Assembly: GCA_032249055.1 (NCBI GenBank)
Contig: JAVVGP010000002.1
Span: 1-48,796, forward strand
DNA: 48,796 bases
Direction: 5' to 3'
From: Thermoproteota archaeon
GTDB lineage: Archaea > Thermoproteota > Thermoprotei > Gearchaeales > Gearchaeaceae
Shown: in pieces, positions 37,536-47,171 of the stretch
How positions within the stretch are numbered: position 1 is the first letter of the stretch
Layout: each line of letters starts with the position of its first letter
Translations under genes and position numbers: made by a program
Notes under the pieces: generated by a model
What the model saw: only the letters and a program-made list of their open reading frames with translations
Databases searched by the model: none
What the model was told of the DNA's origin: nothing

Positions 37536-39559
37536 TGTATTATTACTTTATAGATCGTTAGATAATCGTTTTGGTACAGCGATTTAAATATTTCATAATA
37601 GAGACCGAATTTATCCATGTTTTCTTTTTTAACTACTGTTGGTATTATAGCATAGCTTATTTTATATTTAGCTAATAATTCTTTTATGTCTGCTGCTATA
37701 ACTTTGCTATTCATCCAATTGATTGGTTTGGGATTCAGTATTTCTACCGTTACTTTAACTCTTATACTGTTTTGTATTGGCACGAATGTTGCTAATACTC
37801 TTGGCTGCGTCCATGTTTCATCTGGACCAAATGTTAATCTCACTAGAGTACCATTAAAAGTTATTTTATATTCGCCTATATCTGTTGAGAAATGAAATGT
37901 ATTTCCTATTACCTGTGTGAATCCAAGTTTTCTTTCCCATGGTACCCACATTTTTAGTGTAAATGAGTTTATTATTGAAGTTGTTGAAGATATGTAATAT
38001 TCTATTGTAGCTTTAGGGTCTGTTGTAAGTGTTAATTGTTTAATTATTGTCACCCCTCCTTCAAGCGAAAATATGTGTTGAATTGTTGCTATATTCTCTG
38101 TACGTATAATCCATGTTGTATTAGTACCCTTGTACTGGTAAAAGTCTGGACTTAATAGTTTGTTATTATATGTATATGATACACGTGCGTGATTTTCATC
38201 AATATATATGAATTCGGAATAATTATTTCCGTCTGATGATGCTATTGTTGGCAATCTTTGTGGCGCTTTACTTCCCCAATCTCTTAGTCTTATGAATTGA
38301 TTTCTAAGTTCATAGTTAGCATTGAGTATCGTATCTGCATCATAACTTTTGATAAAATTGTTTATGTCGTTTGGATTCGTAGGTAAATTTGTTATTACTG
38401 TTCTTTTAGTATATGATTGTATCCAACTACTTAAAGGATATTCTGCAAGGATTACAGCATCTTTTGGTGTATTTTCATTTATCCATGCTAATGCGTTAAG
38501 TAAGTCAATATCACCGTATCTATCAATATATATTGAATAGTTCTGGATCGTTTTATTCACTACATTATAGGTTATAAACGTGTTTGAGATTATAAGGAAT
38601 GCTATAAGTATGAGCGCAAAGAGTTTTGCTAAGTCTATTTCTACTACTTCCTCATTTTCAACCCGTTTGCTTAATGCTAAACCTTTTATTATTTCAGGAA
38701 GCAATACTGATGTTGATATCGCTAACGGATAGAAAAGGTAAATTATAGCCAGTTGCGGACTTATTATAACTATAGAAATTATTGATGCTAGTAACCATGA
38801 TGCAATTACAAGAAAATCTTCTTTTGAGCGTTTTAATATGAGATAGAGTCCAAAAATTCCGCTTATAAAACCTATTATAATTGTTTGGTAGATATCTGTT
38901 GGAATGTTAATAGTTTGCTGTTTATATAATAAAGTGATTGGTAGTGAAATATATGATGCTAATGGATACATAAAATTAAGTTTGATCTTTTTATTCATTA
39001 TAATGTTTATTATTACAATCAACGAAGATGCGATAACTAAAATAGACATTGCGTTTGAATCAGCTAAGGCAGTTAAAAGTGAAAATATTGCTATAATTAT
39101 TGATTTTTTTGCTACATTAAGTTTAGTAAATCTTGTAATGAATATGATTGAAACTGAAAGGAATAATAATCCTTGTAGTTGTGCATAATTAGAAGACATT
39201 ATTAACCATGAATGTAATGGATAAATTATAACTAATATGCCTGCAATAAATGATGCAATTTTATTATTTGTTATTTTATATGTTATGTAAAAAGCAGGAA
39301 GAGGTAGCAAGATAAAAGTAAGAAGTGCAGAGCTCATTATAGCATAAGATAAGTTTGCGAAAAATGGAGAAAATATCCATGCAATATATGGGAAAAGTAT
39401 TATTGTATTTGGTTTCCCTTTAATAATTTCATTTAGAAGTGTAAGCCATTTTATATCATCAGGTCTTGTCGCTATTATTAGTCCTAATGTTGATACATAA
39501 AATACCAATATAGCTAGGGGTATAAGTAAAAATATTAGAATTATGTTACTAGTTTTCAA
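37532..39559 (-). CDS. AglB/STT3-like-architecture GT-C membrane protein (675 aa), divergent paralogue
   Basis: Same layout as the two paralogues. ALAWINENTPKDAVILAEYPLSSWIQSY follows the last TM, and RPDDIKWL sits in the first loop. TTG start. Confidence 0.45.
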   Translation of the reverse strand: MKTSNIILIFLLIPLAILVFYVSTLGLIIATRPDDIKWLTLLNEIIKGKPNTIILFPYIAWIFSPFFANLSYAIMSSALLTFILLPLPAFYITYKITNNKIASFIAGILVIIYPLHSWLIMSSNYAQLQGLLFLSVSIIFITRFTKLNVAKKSIIIAIFSLLTALADSNAMSILVIASSLIVIINIIMNKKIKLNFMYPLASYISLPITLLYKQQTINIPTDIYQTIIIGFISGIFGLYLILKRSKEDFLVIASWLLASIISIVIISPQLAIIYLFYPLAISTSVLLPEIIKGLALSKRVENEEVVEIDLAKLFALILIAFLIISNTFITYNVVNKTIQNYSIYIDRYGDIDLLNALAWINENTPKDAVILAEYPLSSWIQSYTKRTVITNLPTNPNDINNFIKSYDADTILNANYELRNQFIRLRDWGSKAPQRLPTIASSDGNNYSEFIYIDENHARVSYTYNNKLLSPDFYQYKGTNTTWIIRTENIATIQHIFSLEGGVTIIKQLTLTTDPKATIEYYISSTTSIINSFTLKMWVPWERKLGFTQVIGNTFHFSTDIGEYKITFNGTLVRLTFGPDETWTQPRVLATFVPIQNSIRVKVTVEILNPKPINWMNSKVIAADIKELLAKYKISYAIIPTVVKKENMDKFGLYYEIFKSLYQNDYLTIYKVIIQ

Positions 39560-39584
39560 ATTCCTTATTCTTAGAATGTATTTT

Positions 39585-40733
39585 TTAAATTAAATTTCTA
39601 TAAACCCTATCATACTCTTCCGCAATATTATTCCAATCATATCTTTTTATAAATTCATAACCATTTTGTTGCAATTTTAACCATAAATTTCTATCATTCA
39701 TTATCTGTAATATTGCTTCTGCAAGATGATAAGGTGAAAGTTTTGCTACTAAACCGCTTTTACTTTCTTTTATCAAATCTGATGCTCCATTTCCTTCAAC
39801 AGAGACAACTACTTGAGGTGTTCCTGCAGCCATTGCTTCAAGTGTTGTAATGCTTTGCCCCTCCCTTATTGATGGAAGAACATATACATATGCACTTTTT
39901 AGCCTTTTAACTAATTCCTCATCACTCACATCGCCAAGTATAGTAATACAATTTTGAAGCCCCTTCTTTTTAATGTATTCCTCATATTTAGCTTTCATAG
40001 GACCATCTCCAATGATTTCTAAATGAACATCATTAATGTGCTTTTTTACTATAGGTATTGCATCTATTAATAGCTCAATCTTTTTATGCCAATTTAATCT
40101 GCCTATGTATACTATTTTATTATGCTTTCTTTCTGATTTAATTCTATTAAAAAGCTCCAAATCAACGCCATTGGGTATTACGACAACTTTGCTTTTATCC
40201 ATCTTTAATAAAGATATTAAACGTAATGCCGTTGTATTGCTTACCGCTATACCAATATTTGGCATCTTTACATAGATTTTTTCCAAAATGATTCCTAATG
40301 GAACATGAAAGATTGTCGGAGAATACCAATACCAATGAGAATACCAAACTTCATGAAATGTAACGCTTAACGGAATTTTGTTCATTCTGGTATGTATCCA
40401 CGAACTTATAACAGGAAATATTGGACAATGATTTGCCTCTATGATTTGATAATCCTTATTAGAAGTCTTTTTAATAGCCCATGCTGCATAGAGTAGAACT
40501 TGTGATATAGAACGAAATCCATCTTTAGTTATGTAATTTGTTAAAGGAATTTCAGTTCTATATACATTAATGCCATGAATATTCTCATATGTTGGCCATT
40601 CTTTATTTAATCTAACTGTGTATAAGTCAATCTCATAATTTCTCTTTACTAACCTTCTCAATACTTCATAATATCTTTTTGCCGATCCTCCTTTAAATGG
40701 ATAAAACGTTTCAGTTATAACTGCAATCTTCAT
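39585..40733 (-). CDS. GT4-family glycosyltransferase
   Basis: FYPFKGGSAKRYYEVLRRLVKRNYEIDLYT; IPNGVDLELFN; EGQSITTLEAMAAGTPQVV (EX7E). Confidence 0.85.
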   Translation of the reverse strand: MKIAVITETFYPFKGGSAKRYYEVLRRLVKRNYEIDLYTVRLNKEWPTYENIHGINVYRTEIPLTNYITKDGFRSISQVLLYAAWAIKKTSNKDYQIIEANHCPIFPVISSWIHTRMNKIPLSVTFHEVWYSHWYWYSPTIFHVPLGIILEKIYVKMPNIGIAVSNTTALRLISLLKMDKSKVVVIPNGVDLELFNRIKSERKHNKIVYIGRLNWHKKIELLIDAIPIVKKHINDVHLEIIGDGPMKAKYEEYIKKKGLQNCITILGDVSDEELVKRLKSAYVYVLPSIREGQSITTLEAMAAGTPQVVVSVEGNGASDLIKESKSGLVAKLSPYHLAEAILQIMNDRNLWLKLQQNGYEFIKRYDWNNIAEEYDRVYRNLI

Positions 40734-40743
40734 CTCATGCTTG

Positions 40744-41085
40744 CTATCTTTTTAAATTCGAATATGTTAATCCTAACCAAAAGATATAATTAGGATCTTT
40801 TAACCAATCTTTTATTTTTGGTATCATTATTGCTGTTTTGCTTTTCAATAACACTTCTGAAACTTCTTTTCCTTTCTTCATTATTTTTTCTTTAAAGGAA
40901 TTTAATTTCTTCATTATTGATATTACTGTTTCGATGATCTCTTTGTTTATTATCTTTTTAATTTTTGATAATTTCATGCAAGCAATGTAAAATGCTTTAT
41001 CAATTGCTGAAAGATTATTCCATGATCCTTTTCTTAAGCATAATCTATAAAATCTTGATAAATCTGAAAATGATAAAGCAAGCAT
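40744..41085 (-). CDS. conserved hypothetical 113-aa protein, copy B
   Basis: MLALSFSDLSRFYRLCLRKGSWNNLSAIDKAFYIACMKL... 10 of 113 residues differ from copy A. Only 10 nt upstream of the GT4 gene. Confidence 0.6.
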   Translation of the reverse strand: MLALSFSDLSRFYRLCLRKGSWNNLSAIDKAFYIACMKLSKIKKIINKEIIETVISIMKKLNSFKEKIMKKGKEVSEVLLKSKTAIMIPKIKDWLKDPNYIFWLGLTYSNLKR

Positions 41086-41108
41086 TTTATAATATAATTA
41101 CTTCATTC

Positions 41109-41116
41109 TTTAAAAA
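41109..41116 (-). promoter_or_regulatory. candidate TATA box of 113-aa gene copy B
   Basis: The minus strand reads TTTTTAAA, 24-31 nt upstream of the ATG at 41085. Spacing is identical to copy A. Confidence 0.35.
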
Positions 41117-41159
41117 CTTTTAAACGGGGATTTTTGCAATTTTGAAACTCCATACCGAG

Positions 41160-42866
41160 TTATTTTTTGATCAAATAATTACCAATAGCTAAATATTTTA
41201 AGCCTGAATTTTTGAAAGTCCATATAGCAAGCTCAGGTGTTCCTACAATTGGATATCCATGCAAATTAAAGCTCGTATTTAAAACAGCTCCAACTCCTGT
41301 AATTTTTTCAAAAGTTTTTAATATTTTTCTATAAGAAGGATTCCATTCATTTAAAGTTTGGGGTCTTGCTGTAAAATCTTGGGGATGAATAGCCGCAATT
41401 ATTTCATCTCTTTTTTCTGTTGTATCAAAGGCAAGTATCATATATCTCGCAGGTCTCGCATTTACTAAATATTCATGCATTCTTTCTTCAAGTATTGTTG
41501 GTGCAAATGGCATCCAAAAATCTCTTTGCTTTATTGCGCTATTTAATTTTCTTACAACTCTAAAATCTCTTGGATCTGCTAAAATACTTCTGTTGCCTAA
41601 CGCTCTTGGTCCCCACTCAACTCTTCCATTAAATCTTGCTACAATTTCTCCTTTAGCTAATAGTTCTCCTACAACTTCTTCTATACCATCATATTTTTCA
41701 GTTTTATTTTCCAATCCTTCTCTCTTTATTACTTCTCTTATATAATCATCATCAAATTCGCATCCGTAATAAAGATCTTCTAAAGGATGAAATTCTGGTT
41801 TTCTTCCATCTCTTTTACAAAGCTCATAGTAAATTTGTAAAGCAGCACCAACAGGAGTTCCGTCATCTCCAGCTGCAGGATAAAAGAAAGCATCATCAAC
41901 TTCTTCCATTTCCAAAACTCTTTTATTTGCTTTAACATTCAATATATTTCCTCCTGCAAATACTACTTTATGAATACCTGTAATATTTATGGCATTTCTT
42001 ACCCATTGTGTAAATAGTTCTTCATAATAAGCTTGACATGCAGCAGCTATATTATCAAATCTTTCTCCTTCAAGTAGCTTTCTTAATTTTTTCTGCATAG
42101 ATTTCAAGTAGCTTCTGAAAGTATTCTGAAATTCCAAAGGATTTTTTGGATTTATTCTTATTATTTTTCTCATCTTATCAATGCAATATTCTGGCTTTCC
42201 ATATGGAGCAAGACCCATTACTTTATATTCATGATCCCAAGGTTTCATTCCCAAATATCTAGTTATTTCGCTATAGAATGCATTGCCTAGAGAATCGTAG
42301 AAAGTTGACCATGCAATTCTTCTAATTTCTCCCTTTTCTCCTATTGAAACTGTTGAAGAAACGCCATCGCCAGCACCATCTGCAGTCATTATTAGAATCT
42401 TTTCATCGTAGCCAAAGGGGGAAGTTCTGTAAGCACATGAAGCATGGGCTAAATGATGTTCTACAAAGAATACTTCTTTGTTTTCAATTCCTAGTTCTTC
42501 AAATATTTTCTTTAATTCCTTTATATTTCTAAATTTACTTAATATTTTTACGTAAAATTTTACAAAAGATTTAAAATGAATATAAGGAGAAATTTTTTCA
42601 AATATCTTTACTTTTAAAGGATATTCTTCCAAAGGTGAATAAACTCGATTTAGACTTACTATAGCTATAGCATCTGTTTCGGAAGGGTCAACTTTTGCTA
42701 TTTTATATACTTCTTTTATAGATAATTTAGGTATTCCGCTGTGATGCTTTATATTTGATAATCTTTCTTCTTGTATTGCTGCTAAAACTTTTCCATCTCT
42801 TATTAAAGCTGCTCCACAATCATGTCCATCGTTTATACCTAGAACTGTTATTGGTCTATGTGGCAT
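41160..42866 (-). CDS. NodU/CmcH-family carbamoyltransferase
   Basis: ITVLGINDGHDCGAALIRDGKVLAAIQEERLSNIKHHSG and HHLAHASCAY in the N-terminal ASKHA-like domain. GPRALGNRSILADPR and VLNTSFNLHGYPIV in the C-terminal domain. Confidence 0.9.
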   Translation of the reverse strand: MPHRPITVLGINDGHDCGAALIRDGKVLAAIQEERLSNIKHHSGIPKLSIKEVYKIAKVDPSETDAIAIVSLNRVYSPLEEYPLKVKIFEKISPYIHFKSFVKFYVKILSKFRNIKELKKIFEELGIENKEVFFVEHHLAHASCAYRTSPFGYDEKILIMTADGAGDGVSSTVSIGEKGEIRRIAWSTFYDSLGNAFYSEITRYLGMKPWDHEYKVMGLAPYGKPEYCIDKMRKIIRINPKNPLEFQNTFRSYLKSMQKKLRKLLEGERFDNIAAACQAYYEELFTQWVRNAINITGIHKVVFAGGNILNVKANKRVLEMEEVDDAFFYPAAGDDGTPVGAALQIYYELCKRDGRKPEFHPLEDLYYGCEFDDDYIREVIKREGLENKTEKYDGIEEVVGELLAKGEIVARFNGRVEWGPRALGNRSILADPRDFRVVRKLNSAIKQRDFWMPFAPTILEERMHEYLVNARPARYMILAFDTTEKRDEIIAAIHPQDFTARPQTLNEWNPSYRKILKTFEKITGVGAVLNTSFNLHGYPIVGTPELAIWTFKNSGLKYLAIGNYLIKK

Positions 42867-43927
42867 TAACTTCTTTCAAAAAGCAAATAATCAAGTTTTT
42901 TCTTTATTTCTTCAGGATCTTTTGTAGAAAAATACCATTCTATTGTTCTTTTCAATCCTTCTTTATAACTAACTTTAGGTTCCCAGCTAAGTAATTTTCT
43001 AGCTAAAGTTAGATCTGCAGCTCTAGACAATACTCCAACAGGTTTGTTTGTATCATAAACAATCTTATTTGGTCTCCAGTTAACTATTTCAAATATCATT
43101 TCAGCTAATTCATTGATCGTTATGCTATCTTCCCTTCCAGCATTTACAGCAGTACCATCTTCAATTTTTTCACAAGCCAAGATCAAGGCATCTACAATAT
43201 CATCTATATAAGTATAGTTTCTTTTTTGCTTACCGTTCCCCCAAATTACAAACGGATCCATTTTTATGAAAGCTTTAGCTATTAAAGCTATAACAGAATG
43301 TGTTTCATTTTCCCTTGGTCCATAGGCTGTAAATATTCTAACAGAAGAAGTTTTCATTCCGTACTGTCTATGATAAGCTTTTAAAGCCATTTCTCCCATC
43401 AATTTAGTCCAACCATATTCTAGATCTGCATTGGCTTTACCATAAGTAAAAGGATCAGCATCTTCTTCTTTTAATTTATAATTACCTTCAGGATCTTCCT
43501 GTAAATAAACAGGGTAAACACATGCAGAACTAGCATAGCATATTCTTTCTACGTTATTTTTACATGCTTCTTCAAAAACTAGCTGATCTATTATCATTCC
43601 TGTACAAACATCTGCAGGATGTGTAGCTATGTATCCTCTTCCTCCATGAATTGCTGCTAAATGAAACACAATATCTATATTTTTAACTGCTTTTCTTACA
43701 AATCTTCTATCTTTTAAATCTCCAACATAAACCTTTAAATTTGCTTCCTTTGCAATATATTCTCCTCTTGCAATTTTTGAAAAATTGTATTGCAAATTTT
43801 CCCATTTTCCGCTTGAGAAATTATCAGCTACAATAACTTCAGCACCTTCTTTTAACAATCTATCTACAAGGTGACTTCCTATGAATGATGCCCCTCCTGT
43901 AACAAGAACTTTTTTACCTTTATACAT
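42866..43927 (-). CDS. NAD-dependent sugar-nucleotide epimerase/dehydratase (extended SDR)
   Basis: KKVLVTGGASFIGSHLVDRL (GxxGxxG), ASSACVY and YGWTK (YxxxK). Confidence 0.85.
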   Translation of the reverse strand: MYKGKKVLVTGGASFIGSHLVDRLLKEGAEVIVADNFSSGKWENLQYNFSKIARGEYIAKEANLKVYVGDLKDRRFVRKAVKNIDIVFHLAAIHGGRGYIATHPADVCTGMIIDQLVFEEACKNNVERICYASSACVYPVYLQEDPEGNYKLKEEDADPFTYGKANADLEYGWTKLMGEMALKAYHRQYGMKTSSVRIFTAYGPRENETHSVIALIAKAFIKMDPFVIWGNGKQKRNYTYIDDIVDALILACEKIEDGTAVNAGREDSITINELAEMIFEIVNWRPNKIVYDTNKPVGVLSRAADLTLARKLLSWEPKVSYKEGLKRTIEWYFSTKDPEEIKKKLDYLLFERS

Positions 43928-44903
43928 TGTTCAATTTCTTATAAGCCCATTCTATTGTTCTCCTCAACCCTTCTTCTAATTTTGTCTTTGGCATCCATTC
44001 AAGCTTTTCCTTCATTTTTGTAAGATCTGCGCAGTATCCTTTTACTCCTACTGTTCCATTTAGATCATATTCTATTTTTATCTCCTTACCAAGAATTTTA
44101 ATAATTTTTGAAGCAACTTCATTTATTGTAACTACTTCATCACTTCCAAGATTTATTGGTTCAGCATCATTAGCTTTTAGCATGCATCTAAGAAGACCTT
44201 CAACACAATCTTGAACATATAAGAATGCTCTTTGCTGACTTCCATCACCTAATATTACAAATCTTTCCTTTGGATACATTATTGCCTTTCTTATCAATGA
44301 TGGAATTACATGAGCCCATTTTAGATCAAGATTTTCATTTTCACCATAAGCATTAAATATTCTAGGAACTGAACATTTTATACCATAGTCTTTATAATAA
44401 GCTTTACATGCTATTTCTCCCAATATTTTTGCCCATCCATATGTTGTAGGTGGATTTGCTGGATAAGCATCTTCTTCTTTAAATACATTCAATCCATTTG
44501 TTTTGCTTCTATAAACACAAGCAGAACTTGTAAATAAAAAGCCTTTAACATCATTTTTTCTTGCAGCTTCAAGCATGTTTATATTCATTGTTACTGAAGG
44601 AGATAATTGTTCAACATTCACCTTTGAAATATAATGAATTCCACCAACAGATGAAGCTAAATGAAAAATGTAATCGACTCCTTGACTAACTTTTATGCAA
44701 TTATTTATGTCTGTTAAATCTACTTTGTAAAATTTTATTTTATTAATTACCTCGCTTAAATTTTCTAAGCTTCCTCTGGAAAGATTATCCGCAACTATAA
44801 CATTTGCACCTATCTCTACTAGTTTCTTAGCCAAATTTGAACCTATAAATCCTGCACCGCCTGTAATTAAAACGTTGCTTCCTTCAAATTCCTTAAAATT
44901 CAT
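43920..44903 (-). CDS. NAD-dependent sugar-nucleotide epimerase/dehydratase (extended SDR)
   Basis: NVLITGGAGFIGSNLAKKL, TSSACVY and YGWAK. 8-nt overlap with the downstream SDR gene. Confidence 0.85.
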   Translation of the reverse strand: MNFKEFEGSNVLITGGAGFIGSNLAKKLVEIGANVIVADNLSRGSLENLSEVINKIKFYKVDLTDINNCIKVSQGVDYIFHLASSVGGIHYISKVNVEQLSPSVTMNINMLEAARKNDVKGFLFTSSACVYRSKTNGLNVFKEEDAYPANPPTTYGWAKILGEIACKAYYKDYGIKCSVPRIFNAYGENENLDLKWAHVIPSLIRKAIMYPKERFVILGDGSQQRAFLYVQDCVEGLLRCMLKANDAEPINLGSDEVVTINEVASKIIKILGKEIKIEYDLNGTVGVKGYCADLTKMKEKLEWMPKTKLEEGLRRTIEWAYKKLNNV

Positions 44904-44937
44904 TTCTTTAGTTAATGCTTTATCTGTTTAAATATTT

Positions 44938-46122
44938 TCATTCGAAGATTTTCTTAATGGCTTTCTTTAATTTATTTTCTGAAAAATATTCATCCAGAAC
45001 TTTAAAATTCCTCAATTTAAACTCTTTTAATGAATTTTTTTCTTTGGAAATTTTTATTAACAAGGATGCAATTTCTTGATGGTTAGCTTCTTCAAATACA
45101 AAACCAATATTTTTTTCTTTTGAAAACTTTGCTAAATATCCTTTTGATATTATTAACATTGGTTTCCCAAATCCTAAATATTCTACAAATTTTATTGGAA
45201 AGGATGCATCTGGAAACATTGAACTTTTTAAAGGAAGCATAAAAATATCTGAATTGCACATTTCTTTTAAATATTCTTTATAAGGTAAAGGCTTATTTTC
45301 AATTTTTACATTCTTTAAATCATATTCTTTTATTAATTTGCTTAGAATGCTGTACATTTCTCCTTGGCCTCTTATGATAAACTCTATCTTTTCGTTATTC
45401 AAAATTTTAGCGACTTCAATTATTGAAATTAGATCATAATTTTTACCAAGATTTCCTGAATAAACGATCCTTAATTTATCCTTACTAACATTTTCTTCGC
45501 AATCATGTTTTTTTGCTATATTTGGCAAAATTTCAATTTTTTTAGGTTCAATTTTATATTCTTTTGCAATAAAATCCTTCATCGAATCTGTTAATACAGT
45601 TACTTTATCACTTAACAAGTAGACAATTTTAGCCAAAAGTCTGCCTATTTTATAAAATGTACTATTATATCTTGCATAACCAGTGTTTACTAAAGCCTCT
45701 GGCCAAAGATCTGTAATGTCGCTTATCAATTTGCATTTATGAAAAATTTTAAATATTATTCCAGAAATGGAAGAAAATATTCTTTGACTAAAAGCCCAAA
45801 CGTAATCTGCTTTCTTTAAAATAAACAATGGAAAGAGAGAAGTGAAAGTAAATGTAATATATAATATTAATCTTCTATGTAAACCTTCATGCTTTAAAGG
45901 AGGAATGTAAACTCTTATTATTTTAATATTTTTTCCTTTCTCTATTATAATAGGTTTCGATTTGTAACCCTTTCTATCTCCATATGGATAATGCGGTAAA
46001 GATGTTATTAAGGTTACCTCATACCCGAGATCTATTAAAACTTTTATACAATTCTTTAATCTAATTACATCTCCATTTAAATCTGGAAGCCAATATTGTG
46101 ATATTATGCATATCTTTTTCAT
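44938..46122 (-). CDS. GT-B (GT4-like) glycosyltransferase
   Basis: ISQYWLPDLNGDVIRLKNCIKVLIDLGYEVTLIT; LRIVYSGNLGKNYD; FPIKFVEYLGFGKPMLI. Confidence 0.75.
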   Translation of the reverse strand: MKKICIISQYWLPDLNGDVIRLKNCIKVLIDLGYEVTLITSLPHYPYGDRKGYKSKPIIIEKGKNIKIIRVYIPPLKHEGLHRRLILYITFTFTSLFPLFILKKADYVWAFSQRIFSSISGIIFKIFHKCKLISDITDLWPEALVNTGYARYNSTFYKIGRLLAKIVYLLSDKVTVLTDSMKDFIAKEYKIEPKKIEILPNIAKKHDCEENVSKDKLRIVYSGNLGKNYDLISIIEVAKILNNEKIEFIIRGQGEMYSILSKLIKEYDLKNVKIENKPLPYKEYLKEMCNSDIFMLPLKSSMFPDASFPIKFVEYLGFGKPMLIISKGYLAKFSKEKNIGFVFEEANHQEIASLLIKISKEKNSLKEFKLRNFKVLDEYFSENKLKKAIKKIFE

Positions 46123-47003
46123 TTAGATTTTGATATTTCTTCCCTTATTAAAGAAACAAGTATAAATATTAACAAACCAGTCGTAGCTAAAATTATTGAA
46201 ATTATCAAACTCATTCCAGATATTATAAGCAAATTTGTTGGTAATTGTCTAGTAGTATTAAAGTAATCCATAGCTAATATTCCAGCAATTATGGAAATTA
46301 GTAAGAAAATAAAGGATGGAATTCCAAACAAAATTAAAGGATGTCTTATAGCATGTCTTTTTAAAACTGTAAGCAAAACATCTAAGCCATGTAAAATAGG
46401 ATTTGTTTTTGAAGGCTTTGGAACGTCATATTTAACAGAAATAGGAATTTCTATTACTTTTAAGTTATTATCTAAAGCTTTTAGCAAAATTTCAGAATCA
46501 GCTCCATAACCCATTTCTGATGGAATTAAGAGCTTTAATACTTCTTTTTTATAAGCTCTAAAACCGCATTGGGAATCTGTATATTTTTTGTTTGTAACAA
46601 TGTTTAATATTTTATTACCAATAACTCTATAACCTGGTACTTCCTTGCTTTTTGAATTTAAAAATCTTGAACCTATTACAACATCAGCATCATTTTCTGT
46701 TAAAGTATTTATAAAAAAAGGTATTAGATCTGGATCATGCTGCATATCAGCATCTAAAGTTATTACAACATCAGCATCTTCTTTCAAAGCTCTTTTAAAT
46801 AATTCAGCTAAACAATATCCTTTGCCATAATTTCTTTCATTTTTTATTACTTCAGCTCCAAGACTTTTGGCTATTTCATATGTCATATCTTGAGAGCCAT
46901 CATCACAAACTATTATTTTATCAACATATTTTTTCGCTTTTAATATGACTTTTGCTATTGTATTTTCTTCGTTATAAGCAGGAATTAAAGCAATAACTTT
47001 CAT
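46119..47003 (-). CDS. GT2-family polyprenyl/dolichyl-phosphate sugar synthase-like glycosyltransferase with C-terminal TM helices
   Basis: VIALIPAYNEENTIAKVI, IIVCDDGSQDMT and ITLDADMQHDP (DxD), followed by two C-terminal hydrophobic helices as in Dpm1/GtrB/ArnC-like enzymes. Confidence 0.8.
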   Translation of the reverse strand: MKVIALIPAYNEENTIAKVILKAKKYVDKIIVCDDGSQDMTYEIAKSLGAEVIKNERNYGKGYCLAELFKRALKEDADVVITLDADMQHDPDLIPFFINTLTENDADVVIGSRFLNSKSKEVPGYRVIGNKILNIVTNKKYTDSQCGFRAYKKEVLKLLIPSEMGYGADSEILLKALDNNLKVIEIPISVKYDVPKPSKTNPILHGLDVLLTVLKRHAIRHPLILFGIPSFIFLLISIIAGILAMDYFNTTRQLPTNLLIISGMSLIISIILATTGLLIFILVSLIREEISKSK

Positions 47004-47022
47004 TCAAAAGATTAGTAGTTTT

Positions 47023-47034
47023 AAAAAATATAAA
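47023..47034 (-). promoter_or_regulatory. candidate TATA box for the GT2-GT4-SDR operon
   Basis: The minus strand reads TTTATATTTTTT. The TTTATAT core lies 25-31 nt upstream of the ATG at 47003, within a 168-bp intergenic spacer. Confidence 0.35.
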
Positions 47035-47171
47035 CTTGGTGAAAAATCGGGTAAAATATATAAAACTATGTTATTGAAAAATGAGCTGTTATTAGAATAA
47101 TTAGCTATTAAATAATAAGCAGAAAACATAGTTTTATCTGGTTCATAGTTTTAGGTTTACTTTATCTTTTT

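Larger units (their letters stand above)
40744..41355. repeat. direct repeat, copy B (113-aa gene + promoter + intact carbamoyltransferase 3' end)
   Basis: See copy A. The offset between the two copies is 9911 bp. Confidence 0.7.
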
